A stretch of 64,000 nt of DNA from Chloroflexota bacterium (GTDB lineage Bacteria; Chloroflexota; Limnocylindria; Limnocylindrales; CSP1-4): contig JAICUI010000002.1 in NCBI GenBank assembly GCA_025935925.1, positions 17,588 through 81,587 on the forward strand, read 5' to 3'. The stretch's first letter is position 1, and each line of letters starts with the position of its first letter. Made by a program: the position numbers and the translations under genes. The notes below the pieces were generated by a model, which ran no database searches, was not told where the DNA came from, and worked only from the letters and a program-made list of their open reading frames with translations. Shown in pieces: positions 59,594-64,000 of the stretch.

Positions 59594-60652
59594 TTAACCG
59601 GCCAGCGCGCCCGGCACGATGCGGCCCTCGGCGTCGATCGTCGCCCTGCGGCGGAGGGCCTTCAGCTCCGCGCCCGGGACCTGGTCGCGGGCGTGGTAGC
59701 TGGAGCGGACGAGCGGGCCGGACTCGACGTGCTTGAAGCCGAGCGCGAGCGCGGCGTCCTTCATCTCCGCGAACTCGTCGGGGTGGTAGTAGCGCTCGAG
59801 CGGCAGGTGGTCCATCGTCGGCCGCAGGTACTGGCCGATCGTGAGGATGTCGCAGTCGACCTCGCGCAGGGCCTCGAAGGCGTCCGTCAGCTCGTCGCGG
59901 GTCTCGCCGAGCCCGACCATCAGCGAGCTCTTGGTGTGGACCTCGTGGCCGAGCGCCTGCGCGTCCGCCTTGGCCCGTTCGAGCACGCCGAGGCTCCGGT
60001 CCCAGCGAGCGCGCTTGCGCACCGGCTTCTGCAGCCGCCGGACCGTCTCGAGGTTGTGGTTGAGGATGTCCGGCGCGGCCTCCATGACCGTCCTGAGGGG
60101 AGCCGGCTCGCCGTTGAAGTCCGGGATCAGGACCTCGACGCCCATCAGCGGGCTGCGGGCACGGAGCTCGCGGATCGTCGCCGCGAAGGCCCCGGCGCCG
60201 CCGTCCGGGAGGTCGTCGCGGGCGACGCTCGTGACGACGACGTGGTCGAGCCGCATCGCCGCGACGGCCTCGGCGACGCGGCGCGGCTCGTCGTCGTCGA
60301 ACCAGGTCGGCCGGCCCGTCTTGATCGCGCAGAAGCCGCAGGCCCGGGTGCACGTGTCGCCGAGGATCATGACGGTGGCCGTGCGCTGGTCCCAGCAGTC
60401 GCCGATGTTCGGGCAGCGGGCCTCCTCGCACACCGTGTTCAGGTTCAGGCCGCGGAGCAGTCCCTTGAGGTCGTGGTAGTTGTCGCCGGCCGGGAGCCGC
60501 GCCTTGATCCAGTCGGGATGGCGGCGGAGCGGCAGCGTGCCGTCGGGCGCTGCCTCGAACGCGTGCCCGGCGCCGACGGCGATCGACACCGCATGCGCGG
60601 GTGCGTGACCGTGGGCCGGGTTCGGGTCGAACATCGGGAGGTCGCGGGGCAT
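59594..60652 (-). CDS. lipA: lipoyl synthase
   Basis: Auxiliary cluster motif CEEARCPNIGDCW and radical-SAM motif CTRACGFCAI. Start is ATG 60652 or ATG 60634; the upstream ORF part is shadow sequence. Confidence 0.95.
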   Translation of the reverse strand: MPRDLPMFDPNPAHGHAPAHAVSIAVGAGHAFEAAPDGTLPLRRHPDWIKARLPAGDNYHDLKGLLRGLNLNTVCEEARCPNIGDCWDQRTATVMILGDTCTRACGFCAIKTGRPTWFDDDEPRRVAEAVAAMRLDHVVVTSVARDDLPDGGAGAFAATIRELRARSPLMGVEVLIPDFNGEPAPLRTVMEAAPDILNHNLETVRRLQKPVRKRARWDRSLGVLERAKADAQALGHEVHTKSSLMVGLGETRDELTDAFEALREVDCDILTIGQYLRPTMDHLPLERYYHPDEFAEMKDAALALGFKHVESGPLVRSSYHARDQVPGAELKALRRRATIDAEGRIVPGALAG

Positions 60653-60678
60653 GGGTCCGAGTGTATGCCTCGTGCAGA

Positions 60679-61674
60679 TCAGGAGCGGACGCCGGCCCGG
60701 GCGGGATCGCCGCCCCAGGTGTCGGCGACGCCTTGGGCAAGGGAACGTGGCGCGAACGCGAGCTCCCGCGCCGCCTTGTCGTGACCGCCCCAGTAGGACA
60801 CGCCGGCCGACGAGGCGATCGTCTCTCGAGCGTTCGCCGGGAACCCGGCCACGCCGCCGAGCGCGTCGTTCACCGGGGCGAGGGCACGGAGGAGCGCGGT
60901 CGGCAGCCTGAGGCGCGGCGGTCGATGGCCACCGACCTTCGCGGCGATCCCGACCGACTCGTCGAGCCGCCGGCATTCGCCACCGAACCCATACGCCTCC
61001 CCGATCCGGCCGCGATCCAGCGCGGCGATCAGCCCGTCCGCGAGGTCATGGACGTGCACCCAGGCGACGCCGAGGTCCCCGAGCGCGATGTACGGCAGCC
61101 TGCCGGCGTGGGCGAGCGCCAGCTGCTCGCTCGCCGCGGAGTGGTCGTGCGGCCCGTAGACCTGGCTCGGCATGCCGATCACGATCGGCGCGCCACTCGC
61201 GATCCTCGCTTCCGCCGCCTCGTGCGCGCGGAGCTTGGTCTCGTCGTACCAGCTCAGGAAGCCGTCGGTCGCCGCGCGCCGGTCGTCCTCCTGAACGACC
61301 TTGTAGTGGGTGTTCCCGACGACGTTGTACGTCGAGACGTAGAGGATCCTCGGGACCTTCGCCGCGATCGCGGCGTCGAGCACCCGCTCGGTCGTCCCGA
61401 CGTTCGCGTCCCACATCGCCGGCCGCTCGTCCGCCTTGATGCCGATGCGGTACGAGCCGGCGGCGTGGACGACGGCATCGGCCCCCGCCATGGCCTGCTC
61501 GAGCGCGGCGGGATCCGCGAGCGTGCTCTGGACGAGCTCCACGCCGGGTGCCGCGAGGAAGGCCGCCCAGGCGGGGTCGCGGACCAGCGCGACGACCTCG
61601 TCGCCGCGCGCGGCGAGCCGCTCGACGACGGCACGGCCGATGAACCCGGCGCCGCCGGTGACGACGATGCGCAC
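60679..61674 (-). CDS. NAD-dependent epimerase/dehydratase-family (SDR) protein
   Basis: N-terminal MRIVVTGGAGFIGRAV, in an extended-SDR-sized protein of 331 aa. Confidence 0.85.
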   Translation of the reverse strand: MRIVVTGGAGFIGRAVVERLAARGDEVVALVRDPAWAAFLAAPGVELVQSTLADPAALEQAMAGADAVVHAAGSYRIGIKADERPAMWDANVGTTERVLDAAIAAKVPRILYVSTYNVVGNTHYKVVQEDDRRAATDGFLSWYDETKLRAHEAAEARIASGAPIVIGMPSQVYGPHDHSAASEQLALAHAGRLPYIALGDLGVAWVHVHDLADGLIAALDRGRIGEAYGFGGECRRLDESVGIAAKVGGHRPPRLRLPTALLRALAPVNDALGGVAGFPANARETIASSAGVSYWGGHDKAARELAFAPRSLAQGVADTWGGDPARAGVRS

Positions 61675-61688
61675 GAGCGCGTGACCGG

Positions 61689-63359
61689 CTAGTAGATCGC
61701 GGTCTCTGGGCCGACGCTCTCGAGCCAGGCCTTGATGTCGCGCAGCAGCGCGGCGCCGCCGGCGCCGTCGTTCGCCCGGTGGTCGATCCCGAGGACCATG
61801 TTCATCACCGGCCGAATCGCGATGTGGTCGCCGTCCTCGGTCGACACGACGACGGGCCGCTTCGTGATGGCCTCCATCGTGACGATCCCGACCTCGGGGA
61901 CGTTGAGGATCGGCATCACGAGGTTGGTGCCGAGGTAGCCCGTGTTGTCGACCGTGAACGTCCCGCCCCCGAAGTCGTCGAGGCGCAGCTTGTTCGCACG
62001 GGCGCGGTTGGCGACGTCGACGATCGCGAGGTTCAGGCCGTGGATCGACAGGGTGTCGGCGTCCCTGATCACGGGGACGATGAGGCCTTCGTCGACGGCG
62101 ACCGCCACGCCGATGTTGATCCGGCGCTTGGCGACGAGGCCGTCGTCGGACCAGTTGGCGTTGAACGTCGGGTTGCGCTTGAGCGCCTCCGCGGACGCCT
62201 TCACGACGAACGGGACGAAGCTGAGCCCGATCCCCTCCTTCGCCTGGTAGCCCGCCTTCTGGCTCTCGCGCAGGCGGACGAGGCGCGTCGCGTCGACCTC
62301 CATCTGGACGTACGCGTGGGGCGCCTGGAGCGCCCGGGTCATCTGCGCGGCGATGCCCTTGCGCATCTGCGTCATCGGCAGGAGGACCTCGTCGGTCCCC
62401 GGCGGGAACGAGATCGTGGCGCCGGCGGGGGCCTTGGCGCGAGCGGCGGCGGGCTGTGAGGCGGCGCCGGGCTGCGTGGCGGCGGGCTGTGAGGCGGCGC
62501 CGGGCTGGGTGGCGGCGGGCTGGGTCGCGGCGGGCTGCGTGGCGGCGGGCTGCGTGGCGGCACCGGCCTGCGCGGCGGCGGGCTGCGTGGCGGCTCCGGG
62601 CTGCGTCCGTGCCGAGCCTGCCGCGGCCGTCCCGTTCTGCGGCGTGGCCGGCGCCTGGCCGGTTCGGACGGCTTCGACGTACGCGAGGACGTCCTCGCGG
62701 GTGATCCGGCCGCCGCCGCCCGTGCCGTGGATCTGCGCCGCCTCGAGGCCGTGCTCACGGAGCAGCCGCCGGACCGCCGGGGTCATGCGCGCGTTCGGGT
62801 CGCCGGTCGCGTCGGCGCCGGGCCCGACCGCGACCGGAGCCGCCGTGGACGCCATCGCCGGCGCCGGGGAGCCGGCGGTGGATGTCGCCGGTGTCGGTGC
62901 GGTCGGCGCGGCCCCGGCGGTCGCCGTCGGGGCCGGTGCGGAACTGGCGGGTGCGGCCGTCGCGGCGGCGCGATCCGGTTCGGCGCCCCGGGTTCCCGCG
63001 GCTCCGCCGCGGGCGGCGTCGAGGGACCGCGGCTCGACCGCCACGTTGCCCTCCGCCTCGTTCGTCGCCTCCTTCTCGAGCGCGACGGGGGCCGGCGCGT
63101 CGGTGCCACCGGCGAGTGCTTCGTCCTCCGTCTCGATCACCGCGATCTCGGCGTCGTTGGGGACCGTGGCGCCTTCCTCGGCGAGGATCTCCTTGAGCAC
63201 CCCCGCGAACGGCGACGGGACCTCCGCGTTCACCTTGTCGGTGATGACCTCGAGGAGCGGCTCGTACTTGGCGACCGTGTCACCGGGCTGCTTGAGCCAG
63301 CGTCCGATCGTGCCCTCCGCGACGCTCTCGCCGAGCTGGGGCATCGTCACCTTGGCCAC
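61689..63359 (-). CDS. 2-oxoacid dehydrogenase complex E2 (dihydrolipoamide acyltransferase)
   Basis: Lipoyl domain with LLEVITDKVNAEVPS, E3/E1-binding domain TPAVRRLLREHGL, and catalytic motif GIDHRANDGA. The long Ala/Pro/Thr/Gln linkers contain repeats. Confidence 0.9.
   Translation of the reverse strand: MAKVTMPQLGESVAEGTIGRWLKQPGDTVAKYEPLLEVITDKVNAEVPSPFAGVLKEILAEEGATVPNDAEIAVIETEDEALAGGTDAPAPVALEKEATNEAEGNVAVEPRSLDAARGGAAGTRGAEPDRAAATAAPASSAPAPTATAGAAPTAPTPATSTAGSPAPAMASTAAPVAVGPGADATGDPNARMTPAVRRLLREHGLEAAQIHGTGGGGRITREDVLAYVEAVRTGQAPATPQNGTAAAGSARTQPGAATQPAAAQAGAATQPAATQPAATQPAATQPGAASQPAATQPGAASQPAAARAKAPAGATISFPPGTDEVLLPMTQMRKGIAAQMTRALQAPHAYVQMEVDATRLVRLRESQKAGYQAKEGIGLSFVPFVVKASAEALKRNPTFNANWSDDGLVAKRRINIGVAVAVDEGLIVPVIRDADTLSIHGLNLAIVDVANRARANKLRLDDFGGGTFTVDNTGYLGTNLVMPILNVPEVGIVTMEAITKRPVVVSTEDGDHIAIRPVMNMVLGIDHRANDGAGGAALLRDIKAWLESVGPETAIY
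62446..62607 (-). repeat. 15/30-nt in-frame tandem repeats encoding the AATQP / PGAASQPAATQ linker of E2
   Basis: On the plus strand, repeated GCGGCGGGCTG(C/G)GT(G/C) units alternate with GAGGCGGCGCCGGGCTG. The translation reads AATQPAATQPAATQPAATQPGAASQPAATQPGAASQPAA. Confidence 0.75.
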
Positions 63360-63540
63360 TGGGTCTGTTCCTCCGATGCGCGAGACGCGGTTCCGTGTGC
63401 GCTGCGGCTAGTGTCGCGCATCCCGTCCACCCGCGCCGCTCGCCTCGTCCCGCGTGACTTCGCGCCCGCCGGGCCCTCGCGCGCGGCCTCGCGCGTCGAA
63501 GGGGTCGTCCGAGCCGTAGGAGTCGCCCGAGCCGTCAGGT

Positions 63541-63811
63541 ACGAACGATCCTCGTGCAAATTCGGCCAGGTGCGGACGCGAGGCGTCGACACGAAGGTGG
63601 TTCGTGCTATCAGCCGCCGGCGCACGGTTCTCCGTCACCTACGAACCGACCTCGTGCATGACAGCGACCGTGGTCGCGTTCGCGGTCTTGCACGAAACCC
63701 CATCGTGCGTGATCGCAGCTGCGTGCTCGGCTGTGCTCAACCGCCCGTGATCGAACGCCGGCGGATCCGTCGCCGGCTGACGGGCGTGGTGGTACCACGA
63801 GTCTGGATCGT
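63541..63811. promoter_or_regulatory. phased array of ACGA-N5-7-TCGT inverted repeats upstream of the E2 gene
   Basis: ACGA-acgatcc-TCGT at 63541-63555. CACGAA-ggtgg-TTCGTG at 63590-63606. ACGA-accgacc-TCGT at 63641-63655. GCACGA-aacccca-TCGTGC at 63690-63708. CACGA-gtctgga-TCGT at 63796-63811. Left edges are spaced about 50, 50, 50 and 105 bp apart. Confidence 0.35.
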
Positions 63812-64000
63812 AGCTGCGTGGAACGCCAGGCCGGCGATCGACCCGCCCGGCGAGCCCAGCCAGGCTCGCAGCGCTCGACCGCGGACCGGATAGGCCGTCC
63901 GCAGAACGGCGTCGTGCCGGCGGACAGCCCGGCGCGGCGTCGAGGCATCGGGAAAGACGAGGAGTCGCGCGACACGAGTCGCAGACCACCCGAACCGGTC

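Noticed and set aside
63408-63638. 76-aa ORF (MTENRAPAADSTNHLRV ...) upstream of the E2 gene, with moderately GC-rich third positions.
   Set aside because: It has no recognisable motif and a low-complexity Gly/Arg/Asp-rich C-terminus. It also spans the first two elements of the palindrome array. There is not enough evidence to call a gene.

Overview
Very GC-rich (by eye above 70%) chromosomal segment, probably from an Actinomycetota-like organism. That placement is an inference from a class F-type sortase, a DUF4032-like protein, a DinB-like protein and a TTGTCCACA DnaA-box motif. I support 59 protein-coding genes, one adenylate cyclase gene broken by two frame changes, two tRNAs (Arg-TCT, Glu-CTC), several hairpin terminators and a few tandem or palindromic repeat arrays. 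Most of the six-frame ORF track is shadow ORFs: Arg/Pro/Gly/Ala-rich translations that overlap motif-bearing genes. Real genes were picked by recognisable motifs, and starts were re-placed where the longest ORF ran into shadow sequence. Genes are tightly packed, and 4-nt ATGA/GTGA stop-start overlaps are common.

Content is mainly housekeeping and metabolism:
- acyl-CoA mutase parts, MeaB and 3-hydroxybutyryl-CoA dehydrogenase
- FolE, thioredoxin, LipA and a 2-oxoacid dehydrogenase E2
- an acyl-CoA dehydrogenase and an aminotransferase

The parts most worth a second look:
1. A 14-kb, eight-gene translationally coupled envelope locus (40.9-54.8 kb). It joins an ABC-2 exporter and two large unassigned envelope proteins, one carrying a (GQ)25 tract, to a MoxR-DUF58-vWA module.
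2. An ECF sigma factor translationally coupled to an alkyltransferase that carries an Ada-type Cys4 zinc domain but no DNA-binding HTH.
3. A luciferase-like oxidoreductase fused in frame to a UbiA-type prenyltransferase, followed by a CPBP protease.
4. A cluster of DnaA-box-like motifs far from any dnaA or dnaN gene.
5. A roughly 50-bp-phased array of ACGA-N5-7-TCGT palindromes upstream of the E2 gene.
6. A small tRNA-Arg-flanked accessory patch with an orphan SPPY DNA methyltransferase and a repeat-bearing non-coding stretch.

All family names come from motif recognition by eye, with no database search. Start codons are best guesses.
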